Shown in pieces: positions 1 through 11,964 of a stretch of DNA of 64,000 nucleotides (its first letter is position 1; each line of letters opens with the position of its first letter). A program made the position numbers and the translations under genes. Source of the stretch: Hemiscyllium ocellatum. Its lineage: Eukaryota. The stretch covers positions 21,594,755 through 21,658,754 of the forward strand of contig NC_083447.1 in assembly GCF_020745735.1 (NCBI RefSeq). Direction: 5' to 3'. The notes under the pieces were generated by a model that was not told where the DNA came from, did not search any database, and was given only the letters and a program-made list of their open reading frames with translations.

Positions 1-3000
1 GATCAGGATTGCACACAGTATTCCAAAAGTGGCCTAACCAATCTTGGGATATGAGATCAGAAGCTGTCATGACAGATAATTTAATCTGTGCAATGAATGC
101 CAGTATTGATATTTTAAAAAATAGTTTTAGAATGGGGCCGTAGTTCATCACAGAAATCCATTGGAACAGGGGGAGATCATTCAGCCTCTCTCAGTGATTC
201 CATCATTCATAGCTGATCTGAAGCTTAATTCCTTGTATCCAGCTTTAGTCATTACTCCTTGAGACTTTTCTTAACAAAACATTATAAATCCCAAAATCTA
301 TGTTAACAACTGATCCTGAATTTGTTGCTCTTTGTGGACAAGATTGCCAAACATCTGCTCCATTTCATGTGTAGATGTGCTTTTTAACATGTCTCCTGAA
401 TGATCTGGTCCTAATTCTCAGACAATGATCCCTAGTTCTGGTATCCTCAAACAGTCAAAATATTTGTCTTTATCTACCTTGTCTTTTCATGTCACTATCT
501 TGAAGTCTTCGATCAAATCATACTTCAAACTTCTAAATTCTACAGAAAAGTAATGTCCCGAATTAATGCTTCACTAATGTCCCTAAAGCATGGTAGCTTG
601 CTGGTCTTAAATGAGCTGGTCTATGAGTCCATACTCACTATGTGGTTGCTTTCAAGAATGATACAGAAAACCACAAAACTGTCAGCAAGATCTGTAACTA
701 GCGCACATTGTCTGGCTCAGGAAAGTAGGTCATAATTATCTTTACAAGAACAATAGAATTGACAATAAATTCAGTAATTTCCGCATGCTTGCATAGTGAA
801 TGAAAATTAAAGGGCTTACTCAAACCATGAGTACCTAAACATGTGTGTACCTAGTATCCCATCTCTAGACTTCCCACTAAGACAAAAGGTGCTTGTATGT
901 TTCCATCATTCCCTTCAATGATCTGTGTTTCAATACTCATTTGAGTGACCAATCTACAATTACTTTAACGTGCTGTCAACCACCCATATCCCTCATTAGT
1001 ATCTGTGCTGTCTCCTGCATTACTAAATCCTGAATTTACATAGCATGCTAATGTATCTGTCATATTATTTCTTCCAGAAAGATTTATCCTTTGCATATTT
1101 TGACCTATTTTTGGTTGTCCCTTTGTCCTTGAACTCTAAAGTGTTTCTTACATTTTGCTTGGTTGCTGACTTACTTTCTACCCTCTATAAACTTGATCTT
1201 ACACCAATGACTGTCACCTAAGTCTCAACTCATATCGGGTCACATTCCCCTATCCATATGGTGCTCACTGACATACATGACCTTTTCATAAATCAGCATC
1301 TTGTTTTGAAAAACTTTGGACTTGTTTGAAAATATTTGAAATGCTCCCTGACTCCAAATCCATAAACCTCTAAGATACTTGTATTCTTCAATTCACCAAA
1401 CTGTGGTCTCTTGGGCTACTCAATTAACTCTTTCCACTGCCTCTCCACACTCCCCAGACCTGGATGTTATTTCCTCATTGAAATTACTCTTTTAACCTGC
1501 TTGATCAATCTTTTGATCTTTTGACCTGTTATCAATTTATGTGACTAATTTACCATTTTTAATGGAAATGTGAAAGGTATGTGGGTTCATTAATAATTCT
1601 GTATAAATTCTTAAATTGTTTGTTTATGCCTGTACGCCTTGCATTGGAAGGGGGTCAGTTCGCTCAGTTGGTAGGTTTACATTTACCTTTAATATTTTGT
1701 GGTTCCACTGCTTTCTGGCATATTTCAGCTCCTGCATCTACTGTGAACTTCCAGCAGCTGCTGATTTCTCATTTTGAAACACTTATCAAGCAAATTTCTT
1801 AAAGATTTAGGTCCTACGTCTGCTATGTGTTTCCCATTTTGAGAGCTTATTCTTGCCTTTATTGTGCATTTTCCCCAGTTCTTGCATTCACATTGTAAAT
1901 ATCCCTCAAATGGGGTGCTGAATTATATTGTTTTGTAAAAAAGAACAACTGGTGGAAGGCTTAGTTTATCACAATGCATAATTCGAATAAATCATTTACT
2001 ATATGTTTAACATATGTTCCAAATACAATTTTCGAAAGAGTTCATGATCAAGAAATAAAATAATGTTGCAAAACTCATTTATGAGAAAATATACCACTTA
2101 ACTCATTAATATAATTAACTATCTCAAGGAGGTAGATCTTTACATGGCAACAATATCATCATCAGCCTTGAGTTTGGATATTTGTTCCAATTCCACCTCA
2201 GGACTCAATGGACAAACAAGGTGTTTCATAAGCAACTCAAATTGATCATCAATCTGTATACCTTTTGGATGCAGCCATGGCAGGCTAAAAGAACTAGAAA
2301 GATATGGTAACTGTACTATTAGCAAGATCACAGCTGTCATTCAGGTAACCTGTTTAAGAGGCATCAATAGCAATTTAGGTGGAAAGATGACCAGTAACAA
2401 TCCAGCCTTCAGTGTCATCGGGTTTTCAAGAAACAGGAGGATTTTCAAACAATCATCCTTGAGATGTCAGTGCCACTTCATTTATGTTTGTGTCGGTCCT
2501 TTAGGGATTGGTGCTGAATTTCTTCTTGAACTGTTTAGGGAGTGTAGGTACATTCAGTGTGCAATTGTGGGGGAGGGGTGGAAACAAAGCATTTTAGTCA
2601 AGTGAGGGAATGGTGATACAAGATAATTTGTAAATCAAAGGGAACATTTCAGGTGATGTTTCTTTAGAGACTGTAGAAGTTTAAGATTCAGATGTGTTTT
2701 AAAAAAAAACCTTAACAAGTTGCTATTTAATATGGTACATGTTAATTACATCTTGTGTTGCTGGCAGAGGGACCGAATGTATAAATGTGCTGATCAATCT
2801 TGTTACTTTATATTGCATGTTGTTGTGCCACTTGAGTGTGTTGTAGGTACGCTCATTCTGGCAAGCTGACAGCATTCCATTATACCCCTGAATTTGCCTT
2901 GTAGACGGAGGCTAGACTTTGGAAACAAGTTATTGAGCTAGTCACCACAGGGTTTACAGTCTCTGAACTGCTGTTGCAGTCACAGTATGGGTAATCCAAT

Positions 3001-3687
3001 TAAATGTTTAGTCAATACATGTTCCCAGGTTTTGACAGTGGGAAAAAAACAGTGATGATATTCCCAATGAAGATCAAGGAGTGTATGTCAGATTATTTCT
3101 TGTGGGAGGTAGTCTTCCTCAGCAATGTTTCTCAACCTGCCATACAATAACTAGCCATTAGAAAATAACATCAGGACAATCGTGTAAACACAACTGAATC
3201 ATTTTCTCCTTCCCTTTTCTAGGATATGTATTGAAGAATGTAGTCAATTCATTTTTTTCAACAACTTTACTCCAAACTGGAAAAGGATGTGATTAAATTA
3301 GTCATAGAATGTGTCTTTCAAATTGGCACTTGATACAACTGGTGAGAGCAGATTTATTGCAGTAGACCAAAGAACCAGAGGGAAAGGATTTTTTCTAAAT
3401 TACACAACTACTTGACAGCATTGTCTGAAATTGTGGAGGAAGCAAATTCGAAAGCAGCTTCTATAAAGGGATTTGGATAAGTATTTGAAAGTGGAATGTC
3501 AACCAGGTTTGTAGGATAGAACAGCAGAGAAGGATTAAGGAAATGAACGAGGTCTCTTTTTAACTTCTGAAGTAGAATGTACATGAAATTAATTCATGTA
3601 ATTTACTCCAACAATCCTGTTAGTCTTTGACTTTATCTCTCTCTCTCTATCTATCTATCTCTGTCTTTCCCTCCTTTTCAACTTTTA

Positions 3688-3992
3688 GGGCGGCACGGTG
3701 GCACAGTGGTTAGCACTGCTGCCTCACAGCGCCAGGGACCTGGGTTCAATTCCCGCCTCAGGCGACTGACTGTGTGGAGTTTGCACATTCTCCCCGTGTC
3801 TGCGTGGGTTTCCTCCGGGTGCTCCGGTTTCCTCCCACAGTCCAAAGATGTGCGGGTTAGGTGAATTGGCCATGCTAAATTGCCCGTAGTGTTAGGTAAG
3901 GGGTATATGTATGGGTGGGTTGCGCTTCGGCGGGTCGGTGTGGACTTGTTGGGCCGAAGGGCCTGTTTCCACACTGTAAGTAATCTAATCTA
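3688..3992 (+). mobile_element. HE1-type (V-SINE) tRNA-derived SINE, full length, young
   Basis: tRNA-like head GGGCGGCACGGTGGCACAGTGGTTAGCACTGCTGCCTCACAGC, central GTTTGCACATTCTCCCCGTGTCTGCGTGGGTTTCCTCC block, CR1-like tail GGGCCGAAGGGCCTGTTTCCACACTGTAAG ending in (TAATC)n. Confidence 0.9.
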
Positions 3993-4807
3993 AAAACTTA
4001 TCTCTGTCTGTACTTTCCCTAAGTGTTGTTTCTGTCTCTCTGTTCCTCTCTGTACTTTTGTGCCTGTCTGTCAATTTCTCTCATTGACTCTAGTGTTCAC
4101 TTTATTGAACGACATAATTCTGTTTGTCACATCTGTCTCCTTATTGTTCTTTCTTTGCATGTTTCTTTCTTTCAGTCTCTTTCTTGGAATTTCCATCTCA
4201 CTGTTTTCTTATCTGAACATCTCTCTGTATCATTGTTTCGCTTTATTTTTATTTTCTCCCTGTTTATTTACCTGTGTTTGTATATGTCACTGTCTTAAAA
4301 ATTCTCCACCTGTGTGCCTTTGTTTTTGCTTAAGTCTCTTGTTTACTTCTCTGTTCATCTTTCCACCTCATTTTTCCTGAATCTGTCCTTGTTACTTTGT
4401 TACACATTGAGGAGATGTGCAAATTCAGAGATTGCCAACACAGGGCCTTAGTTGTTTCCCCTCTCTCAATTTGCTATCACATCCTAATAGGGTATGAAAA
4501 CCTGGAGAGCTTTCAGCTGTGGGAATAGAGCATTGATGTTGATATCACATTTGAGCAAAATGTCTGCATATGACTCACAACTTTACCTTTAACACCTCAA
4601 TGGTGATAGTGAGAATGTAACTAAGATTCTGGTGTAAAGTGTTTTTGGTCAGTCTACACTGAAAGACAGACATAAGGCAATGATAACATGCCTCAAGTTG
4701 CAACTTCTTGCAGCTATCTGAGTCACAACAATAACCTGCACTTATATAGCACCACATCCTATATATTTCCCTGAAGCACAATATAGTATAAAATGAGCCC
4801 ACAGCCT

Positions 4808-5100
4808 AAGTGGTACTGTCACTAGACCATTGATCCAGAAACCCAGGTAATGTTAGCTGGACTCGGGTTCAAGGCCTGACATGGCAGATGGTGGAATTTA
4901 AGTTAAAAATCTGGGTTTAAAAGTTTAACAATGACCATGCCAATTGTCGGCAGGGGAAAGCAAAACATTTGATTTACTGCTAACTGTTAGGGAAGGAAGC
5001 TACTGTCCTTAGCCAAAATGTAACTTCAGGTGCACAGCAATGTGGTTGACTCTTAATTACTCTGGATAATTAAGGATGGACAATAACTGCTGACACCCAT
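4808..5100 (+). mobile_element. Old tRNA-derived SINE, DeuSINE-like
   Basis: tRNA-like head (GTGGTACTGTCACTAGAC...GGGTTCAAGG) and a downstream block CACAGCAATGTGGTTGACTCTTAA resembling the Deu domain; recognised from memory only. Confidence 0.45.
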
Positions 5101-5338
5101 GCATCATGAATGAATTATTTTCAAAATTCCAATGCTCCAGATAAGATGGAATTTCCTCTCAGCATCGAACTTGTTAAAGCCCTTGAAAGTTGTAGTCCCT
5201 TCAACGAGGTCACCCTCATTCTTCAAAATTGTAGAGGTAACCAATGGTAGAAATAACCATTGGATAAAATGCAACTGTACTGTTAGAATATAAAATATGG
5301 AACAGCATAGCACAGGAACAATGTCGTGCCGATCATAC

Positions 5339-6467
5339 CATGGTTCCCCATGGTAGGCTACTGCAAAAAATATGGAGGAATGGCATTGAGGGTGAGTTGG
5401 AGGTTTGGATTAGGAATTGGCTGGCTGGAAGAAGACAGAAGGTAGTAGTTGATGGTAAAGGTTCATCTTGGAGTGCAGTTACCAGCGGTGTTCCGCAAGG
5501 ATCTGTTTAGGGACTATTGCTGTTTGTCATTTTTATAAATGACCTGGAGGAGGGGCTAGAAGGTTGGGTGAGTAAGGTTGCAGATGATACAAAAGTCGGT
5601 GGAGTTGTTGACAGTGAGGAAGGATGTGGCAGGTTACAGCGGGATATAGATAAGCTGCAGAGCTGGGCAGAAAGGTGGCAAATGGAGTTCAATGTCGCTA
5701 AGTGTGAATTGATTCACTTTGGTAAGAGTAACAAGAAGATGGAGTACTGGGCTAGTGGTCGGATACTTGGTAGTGTGGATGAGCAGAGGGATCTTGGTGT
5801 CCATGTACACAGATCTCTGAAAGTTGCCACCCAGGTAAATAGTGCTGTGAAGAAGGCATATAGCGTACTGGCTTTTATTGGTAGAGGAATTGAGTTCCAG
5901 AGTCCTGAGGTAATGTTGCAGTTGTATAAGACTCTGGTGTGGCCGCATCTGGAGTATTGTGTGCAGTTTTGGTCGCCATCCTATAGGAAGGATGTGGAGG
6001 CACTGGAACGGGTGCAGAGGAGGTTTACCAGGATGTTGCCTGGTATGGTAGGAAGATCATATGAGGAAAGGCTGAGGCACTTGGGGCTGTTTTCAATGGA
6101 GAAAAGAAGGTTTAGGAGTGACTTGATAGAGGTGTACAAGATGATTAGGGGTTTTGATAGGGTTGACTATGAGAACCTTTTTCCACGTATGGAGTCAGCT
6201 ATTATGAGGGGGTATAGCTTTAAATTAAGGGGTGGTAGGTATAGGACTGATGTTAGGGGTAGATTCTTTACTCAGCGAGTTGTGAGTTCATGGAATGCCC
6301 TGCCAGTAACAGTGGTGGACTCTCCCTCTTTATGGGCATTTAAACGGGCATTGGATAGACATATGGAGGAAAGTGGGCTAGTGTAGGTTAGGTGGGCTTG
6401 GATCGGCGCAACATCGAGGGCCGAAGGGCCTGTACTGCGCTGTATTTTTCTATGTTCTATGTTCTAT
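5339..6467 (+). mobile_element. CR1/HER1-type LINE, 5'-truncated 3' fragment with open RT C-terminal ORF (5517-6386)
   Basis: ORF has FINDL...VADDTK (YADD-equivalent), LGV, HLEYCVQFWSP, LERVQRRFTR, WNALP; ends in (TATGTTC)n tail. Confidence 0.92.
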
Positions 6468-6756
6468 AACGCCAAATTAAACTAATTCGTTCTGTTTGCC
6501 CTTGGTCCAGATCCCTCCATTCCTTGCATATTCATATGCTTCTTTAAAAGACCCTTAAATGGTCCTATTGTATTTGCTTCCAACACACCCCTGGCAGCAC
6601 ATTCCAGACTCTTACTGCTCTCTGCATAAAAGAGACTTGCCCCTCACATCTCCTTTCTTAGGAACTTACTCCCCTTACCTTAAAAGAATGCCCCCTGGTA
6701 TTAACATTCCAAATTTTGGAGAAAGATTCTGACTGTCAACCCTATAATCACAGAGT

Positions 6757-7024
6757 CCCTACAGTGTGGAAACAGGCTGTTATGCCCAACAAGACTACAC
6801 CGACCCTTCAAACAGTATCCCATGCAGACCTATACTCATACCCTATTTGTCTACATTTCCCCTGACTAATGCCACTAACTTACACATCCCTGAACACTAT
6901 GGGCAATTTAGAATGGCCAATGCACCTAACCTGCACATATTTGGACAGTAGGAGGACTGGAATTGAAGTCGGTCCCCTGGCTCTTTGGTGCAACAGTCTT
7001 AACCACTCAACAACCATGCTGCCC
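6757..7024 (-). mobile_element. HE1-type SINE, degraded
   Basis: Reverse complement of SINE tail (CTACAGTGTGGAAACAGGC) and head, with an internal deletion. Confidence 0.7.
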
Positions 7025-7049
7025 ACAGTAAGTCTCTCACAATTTATAT

Positions 7050-7850
7050 ACATCTCTCACAATTTTATAAACTATGATCAGGTCTCCCTCTGGCCTCCAC
7101 TGCTCCAGAGAAAACAGCCCTAGTTTTTCCAGCCTCTCCTTATAGCTCTACTCCAGACGACATCCTGGTATACCTCATCTGCATCTCTCCAAATGCTCCT
7201 GTAATGTGACAACCAGAATTGAAGCTATTACCTTAAGTAGGTCCGATAAACATTTAGAAAGCTGCAACATCACTTCCTGACTTTTGTACTCAATGTCCCA
7301 ACCAATAAGGACAAGAATGCCATACACTGACTTTACCACCCTATCCACTTGTGTGGCCACTATCAGGGAGCTATGGTCTTGAACCCCAAAATTCCTATGC
7401 TGTTCAGGGTCTTGCCATAAACTGTATACTTTCCCTTAACACATCACACTTATCTGGATTAAACTCCATCTGCCAATGTTTTCACTTCTCAAAAATGATT
7501 TTTGAAACAGACCAGGACACAATAGATCAATGAGTTTCATATTAGTAGTAGTGAAACTTTTGGAGAACATTCTGAAGGAGAAAATTAATCTCAATTTATG
7601 TTTTCAAGGTTTGATCAGGGAATAACAGCATGGTGTTCTCACAGGGAAGTCATGCCGTAACAAATCTGGTTGAATTTTCAAGTAGGTGATCAAGTGTGTA
7701 TATGAAGGCATGGCAGGATGTAGTTTGTATAGTTTATAAAGGATTTCAGTTAAGCCTTCAACAAGGCCTCATATGGGAGATTAATAAAGAAGGTAAAGGC
7801 ACATGTGATTCAGAGTAACGTGGCAAGTTATATCCAAAATTGGTTTTGTG
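7050..7850. mobile_element. Degraded CR1 LINE fragments (minus then plus orientation)
   Basis: ORF 7175..7360 ATQVDRVVKSVYGILVLIGWDIEYKSQEVMLQL matches CR1 ORF2; the adjacent plus-strand relic resembles the RT entry region. Confidence 0.6.
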
Positions 7851-10343
7851 GTGGAAGTTTGCGTATGACTCAAAGACTGGCCAGGTGGTTGGCAGTGAGA
7901 AAAAAGGCCTTAGGTTACTGTCAGAGTTGCAGCAAGAGAGAAGCAGAGCAAAGTGATGAATGTGGCAGTGGACATTCCAGGTAGAAGCTTGAGGAACAGA
8001 GCCTTGATCAAGCTTAGCAGTGGGAGAGGAGTGGAATGGCAGAACCTAGGGGTTAATAGCAGCAATGGAGTTACCAAATAAAAGCCTGAGGTGCAGGGCT
8101 AAATCAAGCTCAGCCCAAGCAGCAATGAATGAACATAGAACATAGAACATTACAGATCTGGTGTCAGGCAGGGCTGCCCACTCTCTCCTGCCTTACTTGT
8201 GTGCTGTACAGAGCCATTTGCCGAGTCCATCAGGAAGGATGCAAGACTGAAAGGGGTGGCTATTCCTGACAGTGGGGGTCTACAGTCTTTTTCAGTAAAT
8301 ATTTTAGTTAAAAGCTTTCTCACATCTTTAACAAAACTACTATATATTTAAAAAAACCAAAATACAAAACAATTGAGGTAGTACAACAATATCATATCAC
8401 AATACTATTAGTGATAAACTACCTACTATTCTACCAGAACAAACATATCTACAATCAATTAAATAAAAATTAAGTTAAGCTTAATTAAAATTAGCTTAAG
8501 TTAAATTATAACACTTTATTATGTCTCATTCACTGCACCTCCACTAAAGCTCTCAACCCAGACATTGCACCCACATTTTTTCCTCCAGCTTCTGCCTCCC
8601 AGGCCCCATGGGTGCCATAACTCATTCCCACGGGTATATCACAGACCTAATTAATACTGCCAACAAGTCTACCTCAGTATAATTTAGAAAGGGCAGCCAT
8701 GCCTTATAAAACTGTTCTGTTTTGTGGTCATAGAGACATAGAGATGTACAGCACGGAAACAGATCCTTCGGTCCAACCTGTTCATGCCGACCAGATATCC
8801 CAACCCAATCTAGTCTCACCTGCCAGCACCCGGCCCATATCCCTCCAAACACTTCCTATTCATACACCCATCCAAATGCCTCTTAAATGTTGCAATTGTA
8901 ACAGCCTCCACCACATCCTCTGACAGCTCATTCCATAAAAATACCACCCTCTATTTGAAAAAGTTGCCCCTTAGATCTCTTTTATATCTTTCCCCTCTCA
9001 CCTTAAACCTATGCCCTCTAGTTCTGGACTCCATGCCCCTCATAATTTTGTAAACATCTATAAGGTCACCCCTCAGCCTCCGATGCTCCAGGGAAAATAG
9101 CCCCAGCCTGTTCAGCCTTTCCCTATAGCACAAATCATCCAACCCTGGCAACGTCCTTGTAAATATTTTCTGAACCCTTTCAAGTTTCACAACATCTTTC
9201 CCATAGAAAGGAGACCACAATTGCATGCAATATTCCAACAGTGGCCTAACCAATGTCCTGTACAGCTGTAACATGACCCCCCAACTCCTGTACTCAGTAC
9301 TCTGACCAATAAAGGAAAGCATATCAAATGCCTTCTTCACTATCCTATCAACCTGTGACTCCACTTTCAAGGAGCTATGAACCTGCACTCCAAGGTCTCT
9401 TTGTTCAGCAACACTCCCTAGGACCTTACCATTAAGTGTATAAATCCTACTAAGATTTGCTTTCCAAAAATGCAGCACCTCGCATTTATCTGAATTAAAC
9501 TCCATCTGCCACTCCTCAGCCTATTGGCCCATCTTGTCCAGATCCTGTTGTAAACTGAGGTAACCCTCTACGCTGTTCACTACACCTCCAATTTTGATGT
9601 CATCTGCAAACTTACTAATTGTACCTCTGATGCCCGCATCAAAATCATTTATGTAAATGACAAAAAGTAGAGAACCCAGCACCGATCCTTGTGGCACTCT
9701 ACTGGTCACAGGCCTCCAGTGTGAAAAACAATCTTCTGCCACCACCCTCTGTCTTCTACCTTTGAGCCAGTTCTGTATCCAAATGGCTAGTTCTCCCTGT
9801 ATTTCATGAGATCGAACCTTGCTAATCAGTCTCATGGGGAACCTTGTCGAACGCCTTACTGAAGTCCATACAGATCAGATCTACTGCTCTGCCCTCATCA
9901 ATCTTCTTTGTTACTTCTTCAAAAAGCTCAATCAAGTTTGTGAGACATGATTTCCCATGCACAAAGCCATGTTGACTATCCCTAATCAGTCCTTGACTTT
10001 CCAAATACATGTATATCCTGTCCCTCAGGATTTCCTCCAACAACTTACCCACCACTGAGGTCAGGCTCACTGGTCTATAGTTCCCTGGCTTGTCTTTACC
10101 GCCCTTCTTAAACAGTGGCGCCACATTTGCCAACCTCCAGTCTTCTGGCACCTCACCTGTGACTATCAATGATACAAAGATCTCAGCAAGAGGCCCAGCA
10201 ATCACTTCTCTAGCTTCCCACAGAGTTCTTGGGTACACCTGATCAGGTTCTGGGGACCTAGCCACCTTTAACTATTTCAAGACATCCAGCACTTCCTCCT
10301 CTGTAATCTCGACATTTTGCAAGATGTCACCATCTATTTCATA

Positions 10344-10600
10344 AAGTCCACACCGACTCACCGAAGCGCACCCACCAGACCCATTCCTCTACTTTTACCC
10401 CTGCACCTAACACTACAGGCAATTTAGCATGGCCAATTTACCTAACCTGCACATCATTGGACTGTGGGAGGAAACTGGAACACCCGGAGGAAACCCATGC
10501 AGACAGGGGGAGAATGTGCAAACTCCACACAGTCAGTCACCTGAGGCGGGAATTGAACCCGGGTCTCTGGCGCTGTGAGGCCACTGTGCCACCGTGCCGC
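10344..10600 (-). mobile_element. HE1-type SINE nested in CR1
   Basis: Reverse complement of SINE head (CCACTGTGCCACCGTGCCGC at 10581-10600) and body, flanked by continuous CR1 ORF2 sequence. Confidence 0.88.
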
Positions 10601-10944
10601 GCACAATCTTCCATATCTTTTTCCACAGTAAATACTGATGCAAAATATTCATTCACTATCCCCCCATTTTCTGTGGGTCCACAAAGACCGCCTTGCTGAT
10701 CTTTGTGGGGCCCTATTCTCTCCCTAGTTACCATTTTGTCCTTTATATATTTGTAAAAACCTTTTGGATTCTCCTTAATTCTATTTGCCAAAGCTATCTC
10801 ATGTCCCCTTTTTTGCCCTCCTGATTTTCTCCTTAAGTATACTTCTACTTCCTGTATACTCTTTTAAGGATTCACTCGATCTATCCTGTCTATGCCTTAC
10901 AAATGTTTCCTTCTTTTTCTCAACCAAACCCTCAATTTCTTTAG

Positions 10945-11099
10945 GAGAAAGTGAGGACTGCAGTTGCTGGAGACCAGAGTTGGAAGTGTGGTGCTGGAAA
11001 AGCGCAGTAGGCCAGACAGCATCCGAGGAATATCTGCAGTCCTCACTTTCCCCATGCTCCTTGGATGCTGCCTGGCCTGCTGCAAAAGATTCTCTTGCT
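10945..11099. mobile_element. 155-bp Penelope-terminus-like insertion with 15-bp target-site duplication
   Basis: CCTCAATTTCTTTAG at both 10930-10944 and 11100-11114; the insert contains inverted GAAAGTGAGGACTGCAG / CTGCAGTCCTCACTTTC. Confidence 0.75.
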
Positions 11100-11964
11100 C
11101 CTCAATTTCTTTAGTCATCCAGCATTCCCTATGCCTACCTGCCTTCCTTTTCACCCTGACAGGAATATACTTTCTCTGGATTCTTGTTATCTCATTTCTG
11201 AAGGCTTCCCATTTTCCAGCCGTTCTTTTACCTACGAACATCTGCCTCCAATCAGCTTTCGAAAGTTCTTGTCTAATACTGTCCAAATTGGCCTTTCTCC
11301 AATTTAGAACTTCAACTTTTAGATCTGGTCTATCCTTTTACATCACTATTTTAAAACAAATAGAATTAGGGTCGCTGGCCCGAAAGTGCTCCCCCACTGA
11401 CACTTCAGCCCTGCCTTATTTCCCAAGAGTAGGTCAAGTTTTGCACCTTCTCTAGTAGGTACATCCACATACGGATGTACACACTTAAGAAATTCCTCTC
11501 CATTGAAACCTTTAACACTATGGCAGACCCAGTCGATGTTTGGAAAGTTAAAATCCCCTACCATAACCACCCTATTATTCTTACAGATAGCTGAGATCTC
11601 CTTGCAAGTTTGTTTCTCAATTTCCCTCTGACTATTGCTGGGTCTATAATGCAATCCCAATATGGTGATCATCCCTTTCTTATTTATCAGTTCCACCCAA
11701 ATAACTTCCCTGGATGTATTTCCGGGAATATCCTCCCTCATCACAGCTGTAATGCTATCCCTTATCAAAAATGCCACTCCCCCTCCTCTCTTGCCTCCCT
11801 TTCCATCTTTCCTGTAGCATTTTGTATCCTGGAATGTTAAGCTGCCAATCCTGCCCATCCCTGAGCCATGTTTCTGCAATTGCTATGATATCCCAGTCCC
11901 ATTTAAATGTGAACTGCATTCCATCCTTCAGATCCATCACCTCCACTAATCCCCCCTACTGACA

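Larger units (their letters stand above)
8729..11925 (-). mobile_element. CR1/HER1-type LINE ORF2 (endonuclease + RT), frameshifted, interrupted by two insertions
   Basis: Minus ORFs: 11346..11879 (APE endonuclease, VMVGDFNFP), 9822..10265 (PGNYRPVSLTSVVGK, DFSKAFDKVPH), 9521..9835 (GVPQGS-like, FADD), 8951..9505; CATAGAG-type tail at 8729. Confidence 0.93.

Noticed and set aside
2140-2340. ORF with hydrophobic start and QISKLKADD, FR3-like
   Set aside because: No canonical Cys or Trp and no RSS.
3688-3760. tRNA-like sequence
   Set aside because: SINE head with A/B-box remnants; no complete cloverleaf.
3678-3974. Recurrent ORFs MWKQALRP...DCGRKPEHPEETHADTGR (also near 19854, 18697, 10457)
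   Set aside because: Antisense translations of the HE1 SINE, not a gene family.
4023-4380. Hydrophobic F/L/S/C-rich ORFs suggesting membrane proteins
   Set aside because: Translation of CT-rich low-complexity DNA.
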